Positions 44,187 through 57,800 are shown, numbered from the stretch's first letter. The stretch is DNA of 64,000 nucleotides from Marsupella aquatica (GCA_973895155.1 OZ316899.1:9050287-9114286), one strand, 5' to 3'. Numbers and translations: made by a program. Notes: a model not told the origin generated them from the sequence alone.

Positions 44187-47100
44187 CTTGGTTAAGCCGC
44201 TAAGACCTCTCTCAGCTCGACACATCCAACTCTCACTCCCCTGCTTACTTTCCTTCCTTCTGTTGATGTGGGCACTCTTCACACAAGTTAATGCGACACA
44301 CAAATAGCAAAATGACTCATTCTGACTGAGTCATACCATGCACTTGCCATACAAACAGTACATCTCATACACCAGTTCTGCGAACTAAGCCGTGAGGCCA
44401 ACTCTATTCAGCTCTTAGGCATGAGGAAACATGAATATACACAAGGGTCACTGTATGACTAACCGAGAGCTTCTCGTACTACTTGATCCCAGCCCGGCTG
44501 GTGCAAACTAAAAACTTGCTAAAGAAGAGGCCCTGAGCTCCCCGCTGCCCAGGTACTTATCCTGGTAGTGGATCCGCCATTCTTTGCATCGTAAGCCTAA
44601 TCTACCTGACAGTAATCTACTTGCCCGAATCTACCTATGTACAGCAAGGCAGGAGCACAAGTGTTGCTCCTACCAGTGGAACCGCAATCCCACTAAGCTA
44701 AGTGTCAGGGCCGCTCCTGGTTCTAATCCTAATCCTAAACGTGGAGATCCGCGCCCGCCCTGCCCACTCACGCCTCCTCCCTCCACGTCCGCCCTCCCTA
44801 AAAGGAACGGCGCCCTTGCACCGTCACGACACCGGTGGTGGATCCTCAATGGACGCCCCCAACACTTCCCCCTCAGCCACTGCCGTTGGCCCGCCTACTG
44901 ACAGATTACCTGCCCTTGACCGAGTCAACTCTCCCTCGGCCTGACTGGGTCCACCTTCGGCTTCAGCCTCGACACCGGCCTCGGCAATACCCACGGCTTC
45001 GGCCTCAGCCACTCCCACGGCTTCGGCTTCCCCTTCCCCTAGGGTAGTTGGATCCTTAGCCGTGACCCTGTCTGGGGTCGGTGCTGGGTCTACCTCCTTG
45101 ATCACCACGGCCTGTGAAGTCGTATTACTCCTTGACCTTGAAGGTTTCCGCTTCTTCTTCGTTGGTGGCTCGGCATCTGGTCCCTTCCCCTTCCCACTTA
45201 CTTCCGGCACTGGTGCAGGTGGCGCGGCCTGTCCTTCGGCAATTACCACCCCTGGTAACTGGTTTGTCCCAACGGGAGATGGACCTGCTGCAGCTAAGCA
45301 TTTAAATACTGCGGCTTGTTTCTTCAGCCGCTCAGTTTGGTTGTCGGCCCGCCGCTGTAGGTTCTCCATCTTCCTCGTGATTTCCTCCAACTCCTCTTGG
45401 GTTTCATCCAGGTCCTTACGTGCTCCCTCCAGCTCGTTTTTGGCCTCCTCCTGCTCCCTGTGGGCTTCCTCCAATTCCTTCTTCAAGGTAGCCCTCTCCT
45501 CCTGGGTTGCTCTTAGCTCCTTGTCGAGCTCTGCAATGATGACAGACTCCATCTGATTCATCTTGGCGTAAGTCTGTTCGAGCATCTCGTCCTTCTCCCT
45601 TAGGTCGGCCTTGAAGCTGGCCGTCAGGGACGCAAGCTCCTGCTGCAGCGCCATAATCCCTTGATAGGATTTCCCTAACTCGGCCTCCTTCTGCTCAAGG
45701 GCTCCGCGGATTTTCTCGAGCTCCCCTTTCAACGCCCATTCCTTTCTTTGGGTCTCCGCCATGGCCCGGCTGTTGGCTGTTATGTGGGCCTCCTCTGTAT
45801 TCTTCAACTCTTGCTTCCACTTCTCCCTCTCTTTGATCGTGTCGGCCAACTCTTCCTGCGTCTGAGTCAGTTTATCCTTGATATTCTGATTATCAGCCTG
45901 CGCGGTGTCCAACTGCCCCTGCATGATGTTCAGCTCATGTCGTTTAATCCGCAGTTCATCTTGGGCTTTCTTGGCCGCCCTTAGATCTTCAATCTCGGCT
46001 TCCATCCTCCTAAGCCGCCGAATGACCTCGTCCTTCTTGCTTCTCTCTAAAGCCACCGCTTCTTCTAATTGGTGCTTCTCCAACTGCTCCCTATGGAAAA
46101 AGGGTCCTACCTCCAACTCCTCTCCAAAGATGCCGAGCGCAAGTTCCCCACACATCTCACCATACTCCATGGCTCTATTCTTAGCATAGGTGGAGTAAGT
46201 AGAAGTGATCGGCATCGCCCATCGTGGCCTCTGCTCCCAAGCCGTCCTGCGGATCTCTTCAATCGTGGCTAGAGGTTTGCTTCCTTTTTCGGCTAGCCGC
46301 CTGATGTCCTCCGGCCAATCTCCTCCTGGTAAATCCTTTTCCTTAGCCAGGGCGGCCTCCTCTTCCTGCTTGATTCGCTCCTGAAATTCCTGCACCGTCT
46401 GTTTTATGCCGTCGAAGCTCGGGGGGGCAACGTCTGGTGGGGGAGACTCAGGGCTACTCTGCTGGTTGGGGTCCCCTCGCACTACCCTTGGAAGTGTGGG
46501 GACAAACCGGCCACAGGTCCTTACTCCTGGAACGTGATGGTCCGACCCATAGCCAGAATTATCATGGCTGCAGTCCTCCACTGCCTCCTCTACCTCTTGG
46601 ACGTCCGGCTTCTCCCTCTCCTCTTCGTCGGTAGGAGCTTCAGGCAATTCTGCCTCAGATTCGGAGCTTGAGGTTCCCACGTACATTCGAACACCTGGCT
46701 TGGATTTCGGCCTGATTCTCTCCTTGTCTCCAGCAAAGGGGTTTTCTCTTGTGAGCCGGTGTAGGCCTACCTCTGTAGTAGTGTCCTGCATTGTTGCCGT
46801 TGCCGTTGTTGTTGTCGATGCCAATTTCTTTTCTTTCTCCAGTAGTTTCAGCAGACTCTGCATGCCTGGTTGCTGCATCGGCAAGTCCTCCTTCCTGGGC
46901 CTAAACACCTGCTCGATCGTAGGACTAACAGGTGGTTGAGGCTTCTCAGCCAACGGCCTCGGCGTTGGAGCTTCCTCGGGTGCCCTTACCTGCAGGGGAA
47001 GTACCGGGGCAAAAGTCTGACCTCTGGCATACCGGCACAACAGCGGCATGTGATAGCCAAGCCGCGACACGCTCCCCATGCCGATTACCTGCTGCTCCTC

Positions 47101-48538
47101 CTTCAAGATCTTCTTCAATTGGTTGAGGAGGTACCCGTTGTAGTCCCGGCTTGGGTCTGGCCTTTCTGCCAGATAGACCTGTGCCTTGCCGATCTCTGCC
47201 CTCGGCAAGTTACAATGCATGGTCACCCGCAAGAAGTCGATCATCTCTCCTATGTGCGGGTTGGTGCAGGTGTTCCGGAAGAAGCCATTCTTCGTTGATG
47301 GCCCGGGGAACGACCGGAACTCCTTGTCAGGCAAGGTCTTCCTGGTATCAACTTTGGTCTTATTGCCTATCGGCAGGCCAAACACTTCGGCAATTACCTT
47401 GGGAGTAAGATAGAAATCCTTCCCATATATCCTCGTGCAATTGGTCTCGGGTTCCCATGACCCCACGAATTCTAATAGGTCTGACTCCGGTACCTCCGGC
47501 TTCAGCCATGGTAATCTTACAAAGGCCTCCAAGCCGGATCCGGCCATGAAGCCTTGGTACTTCTTGGTCTGCATGGCCGTAAAGCATGCATCCTCCTCCC
47601 GTGCAAAATGTAGTTGCACCTCCACCGGTAGGGTTGCCGCCCAGCCCTTCCAGGTGTCATCCCTGGTTGGAATGGCCTTGATGGGATCGACCTCCTCTTC
47701 TTCGGCTTCTCCCTGCCTCCTGCTCTGCTGCTCGGCTGGCTTCTTTGGTGCCGCCGATCACGTTCTTTTTGCCGGGGTGGCTTCATCGTTGACGGCTCCC
47801 TTCCTCTTCATCTCTGCTGCCGTGGAGGTTTCTCCTAGCACCGTTGCCTGGGTCCACCTTTCCGTGCTACCCTTTAATTCCCAGTGTATGTCGTTGCAGT
47901 TCTTGATGGCCTCTCGGATGCCGACGACGCTGTCTTTGCAAAACAGAAGATCGTCGAGTTGATTGGAAGTAGGCGTCCACAGGAACTCGTCCTTGATGAG
48001 TTCGCCTCCTAAGAAAGCCGTCTTCTGCAGCTCCCACAATCGAGCGAGCTCCTGCCGTTCTCTAGCTGCCCTTTCTGATTCCTCGTCCTCGTAAGTCTTG
48101 ATGTACTCAGTTGCCCGTTCGAACAGGCATCCCCAGAAATGTGCCGCTTGATTGACGTTGCTCATACCCTCCTTAGGTTGATCGTCGGTATCTACTCTCT
48201 CCCCGAGTGCTTGCCTAAGCAGCTGACAGTAGTTGGCCTCCCGTAGTCGTCTGCCTAGTTCGTGCTCGCAAATGAGCCACTATTTCCTGCAAGCGCTCCT
48301 TACCCCTCTCCTTTGCCGGTCCTTCTTCCCGTTGATCCTTCCTAGCCACCGACGCTTAACGCGCCCTAACCCTAATCGGGTTTTCACCCTTAGCCTTACC
48401 TCCGGCCTCGGCCCGGGTTCCATGGTTGCCCCTAATTGTTTATATTTTCCTTGTTTTGTCACTATACTAAGGTGTTCCTAGGGTGCCTTCCTGCTTTACC
48501 CACTTAACCGGCCGAGTGATTCCTGTCTAGGCATCACA
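44187..48538 (-). repeat. Element A 5' LTR, main part (remainder at 29015-29298)
   Basis: Continues A-LTR sequence exactly after B's TSD. Confidence 0.97.
44824..47625 (-). CDS. LTR-encoded accessory protein of element A (5' LTR copy)
   Basis: 933-codon frame with six amino-acid differences from 19079-21880; same upstream in-frame stops. Confidence 0.75.
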   Translation of the reverse strand: MEVQLHFAREEDACFTAMQTKKYQGFMAGSGLEAFVRLPWLKPEVPESDLLEFVGSWEPETNCTRIYGKDFYLTPKVIAEVFGLPIGNKTKVDTRKTLPDKEFRSFPGPSTKNGFFRNTCTNPHIGEMIDFLRVTMHCNLPRAEIGKAQVYLAERPDPSRDYNGYLLNQLKKILKEEQQVIGMGSVSRLGYHMPLLCRYARGQTFAPVLPLQVRAPEEAPTPRPLAEKPQPPVSPTIEQVFRPRKEDLPMQQPGMQSLLKLLEKEKKLASTTTTATATMQDTTTEVGLHRLTRENPFAGDKERIRPKSKPGVRMYVGTSSSESEAELPEAPTDEEEREKPDVQEVEEAVEDCSHDNSGYGSDHHVPGVRTCGRFVPTLPRVVRGDPNQQSSPESPPPDVAPPSFDGIKQTVQEFQERIKQEEEAALAKEKDLPGGDWPEDIRRLAEKGSKPLATIEEIRRTAWEQRPRWAMPITSTYSTYAKNRAMEYGEMCGELALGIFGEELEVGPFFHREQLEKHQLEEAVALERSKKDEVIRRLRRMEAEIEDLRAAKKAQDELRIKRHELNIMQGQLDTAQADNQNIKDKLTQTQEELADTIKEREKWKQELKNTEEAHITANSRAMAETQRKEWALKGELEKIRGALEQKEAELGKSYQGIMALQQELASLTASFKADLREKDEMLEQTYAKMNQMESVIIAELDKELRATQEERATLKKELEEAHREQEEAKNELEGARKDLDETQEELEEITRKMENLQRRADNQTERLKKQAAVFKCLAAAGPSPVGTNQLPGVVIAEGQAAPPAPVPEVSGKGKGPDAEPPTKKKRKPSRSRSNTTSQAVVIKEVDPAPTPDRVTAKDPTTLGEGEAEAVGVAEAEAVGIAEAGVEAEAEGGPSQAEGELTRSRAGNLSVGGPTAVAEGEVLGASIEDPPPVS

Positions 48539-50039
48539 CCCCAACATTTGGCTGGCCCAATACCTAGCTTGCTCAAAGGTGGACAAGAGGGGCAGAAGTT
48601 CAAATCTGAGGGCTTTCACCAAGGTGTACCTCAAGCATTTCAGAGAGGACAACCAGATTACCAAGCCACTAACCAGTACGGTAAGGAAGTACCATGCTTG
48701 GGTCATTCGCAAGGCCCTAATCGGATGGGTGAGACCTGGAGAAGGGCTCTTTCATGTCAAGGGGACCTAGGCTGGTTCTGGAGTCCAGGAATAAGGAGGG
48801 TAAGGAGTGGAGTCCTTAAAGCCAACATGGAGGGTACCTAAGGACCTGAGTTACATGGAGAATTGGAGGAACTTGGAGGGCCATTGGAAGTTGATCCCTC
48901 TACTATTTTTAGAGCTATTTGGTAGATAGGGATGACTGTACTTTGGAGGCTGACTTAGTCCCTGATTTGGAGGGATAGGACAGCCAAGTCAGGAGGTGAG
49001 GTGGACCTGAATGAAGGGCTGAAATCAAGGAGTTGATTTAGGCTTTCAAAAGGTCACCAACTAGCTCATTAGTTAGGTAAGACAAACAAGTGAGTTAGTG
49101 AGATAGTTAGGAGGATAAGTAAGGATCTTTGACCCCCCTTGAAAGGTGGGCTGGTCTTTTTTTAGTGGTGAGTCACTTGCTGGCCTTTGGGGTGGTTTTG
49201 GACTTTGTGATGAGTTGGAGCCAAGCAAGGAGTACTTAAGTTGGTGTGAGTTACTTTGTGTGGGTCCAAGTATGGAGAATCAAGGAGTAGCACTAAGAGA
49301 CCTTAGGGGAACTAAGGTAGATGTTCTAGGGGTACTAGAACTCAAGTGTATGCCTTGAGGCATGAAAGGACCATAGTGTTAAGTAGTAGGAGTTGAAGAA
49401 GCTAAAGTATAGCAAGTAGGTAGTGACAACCTACCCATGTACTTCCTTTGAAATTCTTATGAAATTTCAGCGCATTTCTGGGAAAGAAATTGTTGATGTG
49501 CACTCATCTGAAATCTTGAGGCCCTTGTGGTCTAGCATGTTGCTTATATGATCTTTGTTAGTCCAGAAGTCTTCTCTTTGGGTAAGGGAGACCTAGATTA
49601 GTTGTCTTGCCGAGTAGGGGGACATTTCCAGCGGTGGAAACCAAAGAATGCCCATTTCTGGTGACGAAAATTAAATACATCTGCACAGTCTCAAGGAGAA
49701 GCAAAGGCTTAATGGAAATAGAGGTAGTTCCTTCTTATGGAGTGTCCCTCCCGTAGTTCCTGGTGATAAAGAGCTATCAAGTGCAAGTTTTTAGTACAAT
49801 AAGGCTTATTAGCTCAGAAGCGAGGGTCTGACAATAATAGTTGCCATATTGTATGTTACAATATCTATAGAGGGACGAAACAATAAATGAATATCAATAT
49901 CGTATTGCATAGATCCAACTCAAATCATATCTTGCTTATTTGAGCAAGATCTATGCAATTCTCGTGTGGAATATCGTATTGCATAGATCCAACTCAAATC
50001 ATGACGATGAAGGCTTAGAAAAAATTCCTCCTTTCAACA

Positions 50040-52640
50040 TCCATGTCCTCTGCTTTGAAATCAATTGGCTTCTCCCTACTCTGGTAATTGGCAAATTTCA
50101 TGACAAACACTCCGCAATTGTAGTCATGGGTTTGAAGAGGAATGTCTTACAAAAGTTTCTCGCCCACAACAAAGCATTCAGTTCCTTATGAGTTCTGAAT
50201 ATGGCTTCATCATCTAGATATCTTGCTAGATTCTCTAGAACTTCAGGGTTATCTCCGTGCAACGAATCCAAATAGTCCAGTTTCTTAAGACCCATGTCAA
50301 CGACAACGAGTGCCCAATGGTTATGTCCCTGATGAATAGGGACCATGACCATCTCTACATCAATTAAAAAGTACTCCAATTTTGAGGTCCATGTTTGGAC
50401 GTCCTCATACTTATATCCACCTTGAGCAATTTCATAATAGAACCAAGTATGAAAAAGATGAACCTACAAGAGCTCGCTGCCCACGGATTTTGCTCTCAAA
50501 GCAATCAGACCAAAATAAACATTCAGATTTTCAGAAGTTATCCATCGCTCAGGAGCTAGACATGCCATCTTGCGGCCAGTTATGACGCATCCACTGATTG
50601 TCAACAAAACAAAATCCTGATCCAAGTTAGGGTTGAGGCAAAAGTCTATCGCCACATCATCGTTCAGGTTGAGAGAAGTGGGAAAGAGTGAATTCATTGG
50701 CACCTGCCTCATTTGTAGGCTCCACTGCAAGTTCCACAACAACATTACCAAAATGTTTGATGACGGGCTTGACCTCACAAGGACCCTGATTTTCTGCCCA
50801 AGCTAGTGTGGGGAGGGGATGGATTGACAATGTTTACGGCTTCTTGAACTCCACTTACAACCCAAAGGTAATCGGAAGGATCCACAGACATGACCGGTGC
50901 GATATCATTTACAATTGAGTCCACCTTGCCAAACAACCCCACACGAGGCTCACATAGAGGGCTATGAGATTGTGGAAGAGATAGAGCTATCCCACCGTCG
51001 TTGTGTTCTTCCTCCACGAGAGGTCCTTTGAAACTCCCTAAGTGGTAGATCGGTCTTTGGGCCTCACCAAATTCCCAATGACGGCAAATCTGTTGGCCAA
51101 CATTAATCATACCGACACAAGAATAAGAAATCTGTTATCGTCTTCTAGACGGGTATGATGGGAGACTGTTCCAATGATATGATAGTGCCCCCCTTTGTTT
51201 GCGCCACTTACATTAGAGTTTTGCGTTGAGCTGCCTTCCTCTCCTGGAAGTTTCCATAAGGATTTTGCAAATTGTGTGACACCCTCCAACGACTTGAGAT
51301 TTTTGCATAAGCTGTGAGGTCCATCACATCCGCCCTTTCCAAACAAAACAAGAAACATTCCCTTTCTAGAAGAAGGGCATTCTTTAAAACTTGCCCACCA
51401 GTAAAGAAGTCCAACACAATTTCTTTTCGGAAAATTGAAGAATGATTGCCTTGATAATTCTGCTGGGCTTAATGTTTGATGTAAAGGTTCTGCCACCGGG
51501 GGTCCGAAAAGGAAAGAGTCTTTGCAAGTGATCTCCAAGAGCAGATATTTGCTTTGCTCCAACCTCTTGCTTGGAAAGGCCAATGTAATCTTCTTTGGCA
51601 GGTCTTGCAAGCTCAAGCTAATCCATAGATTCAGCCAAGAAATGACCTTGAAACCCTCTGAAATGTTTTTCCCAATCCGGTTCTTGTTCCTGGGAGACTC
51701 CAAGGAAAACAAATGGACTCAATAATACCCGACATGAAATGCAATGATTGGACTTCTTTCACACTCTTCCAATAGCTTCCATACTCTAGATGAGCATTGT
51801 AACTTGAAGGTAGATCAATGACAGCTTCAATAATTCTGGCCAGCAAGAGACTTGGGTGCACAAAAAACACGATAGTCACCAAGTCGTTGGTGGGGACATT
51901 CAGGACAATCTTTGAGAAATTTAGCAGCTTCGATTGTGTCCAAGTATTTTGAATTGAGTGTGTCATATTGACAATAGCAAGTGACGCCATAATCCTCTCT
52001 CTACAACTTGTCAAATCAAAAGGAGGCTCTGCAAAAGCAAGAAGATTCCCAGAGTAAAATCTTTGATATGGATTTATTCTCTCGGGTTATAGGTTACGGA
52101 ATATTTACCAAATTTGCGAGAGAATAAATACCTATTCTTCAAGGGTTGCGGCATGTCGGATTTTGCAAAGACTTTGACTAAACTCTTGAAATAAGCATTG
52201 TCGACCATTCCGCAACATTGATCCAATTCTTCATTGGTGAAATTAAACTCGCGGACCATGTCTGACCAAACGGCCCCAACATTGAAAACATTTTCATAGG
52301 CTCACAGTAGTACCACAAGATTGCACCTTTGAGCTTTTCTGTATACTTGGCTTTCATCGCAAGATTGAACATTGAAGGTATATCTGTCCTTGCATGTCTT
52401 CTCTTCATCAAGAGAACCTCTCCCAATTGAACTTTATTCAAGATGGAGGTAATGTTGGATTCTTGCGCCCCCTCAAATACCCTGAATGTTGTTCCCGTTA
52501 GTTTCTTTGCTTCCCTCTTCTTCCCAGTCATCTCTCCATTGTTTTCAGGTAAACTACCGGACAACCAACTATTGTAGATGGACATCCATAACTTATAGAG
52601 GCTCTTTGATGTAAAAAGGATCCAGTTGTATTCAAGCATC
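50040..52640 (-). pseudogene. Decayed gene ending in a Ulp1-like (C48) SUMO protease domain, probably DNA-transposon cargo; truncated by a family C LTR
   Basis: CLAPERWITSENLNVY; VPIHQGHNHWALVVVD...YLDSL; after a frameshift PLQTHDYNCGVFVMKFA (His-Asp-Cys triad). Fragmented upstream frames 51107-52639 have no recognisable domain. Confidence 0.8.
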
Positions 52641-53108
52641 GGTTATGGTTCCGGCTTATGGCATTGGGAGGACCTATTGTTGACCTACTTACCAATGTCT
52701 GTTCAGCTTGAGTTAGGATGCTAGACTTGGGAGATCTAGATCCTAAAGGGTTACTTACCAAGATACTTGGTTGCTTGTGCAGAGACCGTTGAGTAGTGGT
52801 CGTGTTGGAAAGCAAGTGCGTCTTTGTATGGGAGGGGTTGCTGGTGGTGCAAAGGGCACTAAGTTGCTTGCTCGAGGTATTCCGTGGAGGCGTTTGGGCA
52901 CCAAGGGCACTTAGGCTTGGGTGTTGGGATTGGTGAGGGTGCTGGATGGCAAGGTCCACCACTTGTGGTATCAGAGAAATTGCCGGCATAGACACCGGGT
53001 CGGGGTTGTGCTAGGTCAGAATCCAAAAATCTTAGCCAATTTTTGCGAGGACTTAGTGCTTCAACATGCCTGGCGGGTCGACTACGGGCAGATTTGGTTG
53101 CTGAAGAC

Positions 53109-54859
53109 ATGGCTAAGAACACTCAAACAAAGAGTGGCAAGAAGGATCCCCCCGCCAAGGGGAGAGCCCAAGCTCAAGAAGAACAAAAGGAGGACGGGTT
53201 GACTTCCCTAGACAAACATTACAAGTAGGATGACAAGGACGTGGCGGCCAAACCATCAACCGCTGCAGCAAACATGTCAAGTGCAAAGCGCCATTGACTT
53301 AAAGGGAAGAAGGTGGCCAATCCTCGAGAGGACGGGTTGGGCAACGACGGCACTGACTCAGATGGAAGCAATGACGGTTTAGAGGCTAAACCGGAGGAAG
53401 AGGGTCAAGACCTAGGAGAGGAATTTATCCTAGCCTTGACAGGGTTGGATGCAGAACTAGAGGATGATGTCGAGCCGAATGTCATTGTGGACAATTTGAC
53501 CAAGCAGAACCAGGGCAATGCAGGTGATGCCTCAGCCCTAGGAAGTCATAGTGCCCGCAAGTCGCGGGGGGTGTCACCAAAGTCCACTAGAGAACCTAAG
53601 GACAGGCGGCCCACAAAGGAAAGATGGTTGGAGGACCATCCTCATACAACCCGCAGGGGCCCAGCCGTTGACGATGGTTTGGGTCCGTTGAATCAAGACC
53701 AATGACTCATTTATGAGCAGTTGGAACATAACAAGGGGGCCCATATTAAGTACTTACTTAGTCTGGGTAGTCAGAGTGCGATGCGTCCCAAGGGGAGAAT
53801 GGTAGTTGGACGGAGTATGTTCCAAGTGAACCAGCTACCGACTCCTCCAACTTACAACTGGGCCTACAAGCAAAGTGGACAAAAGTTCCTGAGTTGGGTC
53901 TCCACGATGGAGATTCATCTCCAAGCATGTGTTGAGCGTTCCACTTGGGCTACCGCAACCGCTCCTTACCTAAAGGACTATGCCTTGACTTGGTACAAGT
54001 CTTGGAAGAAGTTGCATGAGGAGTCCTTCTTGCCGTTAACTTGGGAAAACCTGGTTGAGGGTCTCCGTGCTCATGTCACCACTAAGTACCCAGAGCGACA
54101 CGCTCAAAAATATGTGACGGAGATGAGCTTTAGGGGTCATATCCAAAAGTTCATCACTTATTGGTCACACAAACCAGTTGGCATGTATCCCGGTGGGACA
54201 TGAGTCCCTACATACAGAGCTTCACAACTTTATAGTGAAGCTCCCGCCATTGCTCAGGGAAAAGTTGCAAGAAAAGCGTCATGAGTTTAAAATGCTTTTT
54301 GACGCCTTCGACAAGGCCACTATGTTGGTGACTAACCGGCCAGACTTGGCAAGGGATCCAAGGGGAAGCCAGGAAAGCGAAAGGTCCGGGGAACAAGCGC
54401 AAGCAGCCTGAGGGGGCGGGGGCCAGTGGTTTGGACCCTCAGCCCTAGAATGGAGAAGCAAAGCGTGGCCAGAAGACCAGTAACTTCAAGAAAGGAACCT
54501 CATTGGCGCAAAAAGCAAAGAAGCAGGCGTTCACGGATCAAAGGCGGGCTGAAGGTTTGTGTTTCACGTGTGGCATCATGCGCCATCAAAGTAAGGATTG
54601 CTCCACAAAAGGTGGCACGCCGAGCGGAGATGGGGGGCAAAAGGGCATTAAGGTAAGTATCGCTCTAACCGAACCCTTAGTAGTTGACGAGGTCCCTATA
54701 GGGGATGTTCCTGCCGGAGAGAAGGTACCTAAAGTTAAGGTGAAAAACTGATTTTTGTGAATGTCATTCTAACGGTAATTTGGGTGTTGCTTTGGTGGAT
54801 ACAAGCGCGACTGCCTGCTTCATAGGTGGGCAGGTGGCGGTATGTCTTGGGGTGGACGT
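53109..54859 (+). pseudogene. Family C gag and protease N-terminus, decayed
   Basis: YLKDYALTWY...LTWENLVEGL gag core, CCHC knuckle and DTS protease motif; several stops and frameshifts. Confidence 0.8.
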
Positions 54860-57800
54860 TGTTGTGCCAAAAAAATTTGGCTTGGGAATGGCTTTTATAG
54901 AGGCTGATGGGCAAGGCGTCGCTGATCAGTTGTGGGTTTGCTGACTCGGAAAGGTTGCTTGGTTGGTTGGTGATAAGGTTTGATGTTTAGGTGACTTGTT
55001 GTCACTAGGTTTGATGTTTGGGTGACTCGTGGTCACCAGGTTCAATGTTTGGGTGAGCCTCGTTGGTGGCAGCTGGCTCGGGCAGGAAGGTTGGTTTTGG
55101 AAGCTATTTAAGGCTTGAGGGTTCCGTTCTGTTGGTTCTGCATTGTTGTTCTGTGCTGTTGGATCTATTTGGCTATTTGTTGGTTTGGCTGTGAATTTGG
55201 CCGATTGATGTTGCTGTTCCGTTGTTCCATCACTTGTTGCTTGTTGTGAGTGATGGTTCATTGAGGTTGATCGAGGAGGTTTCAAGTATAAGAGGAGATT
55301 TGGTTTGGTTTTTGGTGTGAGCTTTGAGCTCCGAGTCTTGGGCCTTTGAGCGTCAAGTCTCATTGGTCCAAGCCTGAGTTCTTTGCAAGCTAGATTGCGA
55401 CTAGTCAAGTAGCTAGTCAGTTTTGGAGTTTTGTGAGCTAAGGAGGAGGGTTTTTCCATCAGTTTTGAGTAGACAACCACTTGACAAGTTCAGCTTGACA
55501 AGTTAAAGGTAGCGGCCAGTCGCAGTGTCAGCTACCAGACTCTTGCAAGCAAGCTTAATCGAGGGCACCCATTGTAACCATTGAGAAAAAAGAAGAAAAG
55601 GAGTGAGATTTCACTCCGAAAAGTGCTTGTCGCCTGTCCCAATCGCAGCCATAAATGCAAAGTTGACCCAAGGAGCCCTAACTTCTAGTCCTTGCAACAT
55701 TGGCGACCATACAGGGGAGTCCTTGGGGTGATTGGTTGAGAGTTGATCAGATTTTGGGTATTGACAGAGGTTGATGTCTACAAGTTGGACAAAGAGACGA
55801 CAGTGAAAGAGTTCATGGTGCTGGTCGAGAAGGAGTTGAGTTTAACGGTGCAAACCATCGTTAACTCGGCTGAGAGTTGGGAAGACTTTGATCAGAAGAT
55901 GAAAGAGGAGTTCCAAGCGGAGGATGCTGATCGGGTCACGCAAGCTACCTTCTTGGATTGGGTGAATGATAGGAACAAGAAGCTTAAGGGGCCGCAAGAG
56001 CTGCTAAGGGAGTTCAAAAGAAGGGTGTCTCAGTTACCAAAGAGAGATGTGGGAATCATCAAGTTGTAGCGCTCGACACTCTTCTTGAGGGCAGCCAACA
56101 AGGACCTTCAAGAGGAGCTTGAGAACGCGATAAAGCTATTGGAACCGTCAAGAGTTACCTTGTCAAATGATTGGAACCAAGTTGAGAAAGTGGTGTCAAA
56201 AGTGAGCAATCATCACCGGAGGCGAGAGCTGGACAAAGAAGCAACCACTCTCAACCTAAGGCTGCCGGAACCAACATTGAGGAAAGGGAAGCAAGAACCA
56301 ATGAAGGAAGAGATCAAACTAGCGGTGGATGATCTTGCCAAAATGATGTAGAACCTGAAGATTTTGGTGGCACATATGATTGAGAATCCGAAGCCAAGGG
56401 TTGCGAGTGCTCCTGAGAGGAAGTGAGAGATGCAGAGTTGGCCTTGCATGTGGTGCAACAGCAAAGAGCATGACAAGAGGGAGTGCCTGGACCTGAGGGA
56501 AGCTACGGATAAGGGGCTGATCAAGTTCATCGGTGAAGTTGGTTAGAAGAAGATATTATTTGCCCATACTGAAGAGCCAATTTTGTTCAACTCCAACAAG
56601 GGAGGCATGAAGGCTTTGGCCGAGAAGCAAGTTGGGAAGCGAGTTGAAGAGGCATCCTCTTCACACCTAGAAGCAAATGTTTACAATGTGGAGGTGGATG
56701 GCCCCGTGACGGGAATGGATAAGTTTTACAAACGCTTGGCGGATCTGGTTTGAGAGAGATCCGGATGGAGTGATCCAGTGCCAATCAATGCGATAACTGT
56801 TGGGCTAGATGGGATGCTTTGGTTGAGTCAAAGAGAAGAAGACCGATGAGGATGACATCCGTGTCAATCAGGGGAACGAGAGAGGCGGGATACGTAAGAT
56901 AGGGAAAGGAAAGTCAGATTCAAAGATGACGAATCAAGTGGGAAAGAGTCAACTAAGGAGAAGCCGATCAGAAAGGATTCGGGATGGGTGCTAGGAAGGG
57001 ATGTTGACGAGGCTATGTACTCGGAGGTCGTAGCTGAGAAGTTCTGGAGCCAATAGGCTCAAGGGTTTACCAATGTTGAGTTCTTTGGTAGCATGAGGCG
57101 GGAGATCCAGGAAGCAATCTTGGAGAGATCCAAGAGGAAGCGCATTTACAAAGAGGGCCCTCACACCTTGATGGGGCAGGCTGGCGAGTTGGAAATAGGA
57201 AGTTACCAAACCTATACTATTGGGGTGTCTGTGGGTTTCGGAAGGGAGCTTGCTGACTCCAAAGAGTCAGACTTGGGGAAACCAAAGAGGATCAAGACCC
57301 TAAGAGGGAAGCCCATGGGTCATGATGAGCTTGTGAGTTCTTTTTATGAGTTTGTGGACTCTGATGATGAGTTCTTTGATGCGGAAGAAGAGCTCATGGG
57401 AACCAAAAGTGAAGCTGAGTCCGTGGCAAACAGGGAGCCGGTTGAGGAGGAAAAGCGAGAAGGCACTATTGCGCAATCGAGGACCATTCATGTCATGGGC
57501 TCAATGAAAGGGAGCGGTTATGTTTACAGAGATGGATACTAGGCTCGAGCAAGTCCGCAGAGTGAGTGCCAGCTAGAAGGAATGGAAGGGAAAGTTTGGG
57601 CGCTCATTGATACCGGTTCGGAGATTAACTTGATGGATCCAAAGGTGTTTCAAAAGGGGAATTGGCCGGTGGACAATGAGTTGCTTTGGAGTGTGAATTT
57701 GGTGAGCTCGATGAAGGACTATCTTTGGGGCGGATGTCCAAATGTGATGGTAAGGTTTAGGAATGTCAATCAGGCTTGTAACATTTTTGTTCACGAGCAC

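Larger units (their letters stand above)
18168..48538 (-). mobile_element. Element A: full-length non-chromovirus (Athila/Tat-related) Ty3/Gypsy retrotransposon with 4.6-kb coding LTRs; ~15.5 kb without the nested element B
   Basis: TG...CA ends; 5-bp TSD CCCCA (18163-18167 and 48539-48543); LTRs 18168-22793 and 29015-29298 + 44187-48538; PBS, PPT and gag-pol on the minus strand. Confidence 0.97.

Noticed and set aside
18168-48538. Large duplications as a segmental duplication or assembly error
   Set aside because: Both repeat pairs have TG...CA ends, perfect 5-bp TSDs, PBS and PPT, and small independent differences, so they are LTR pairs.
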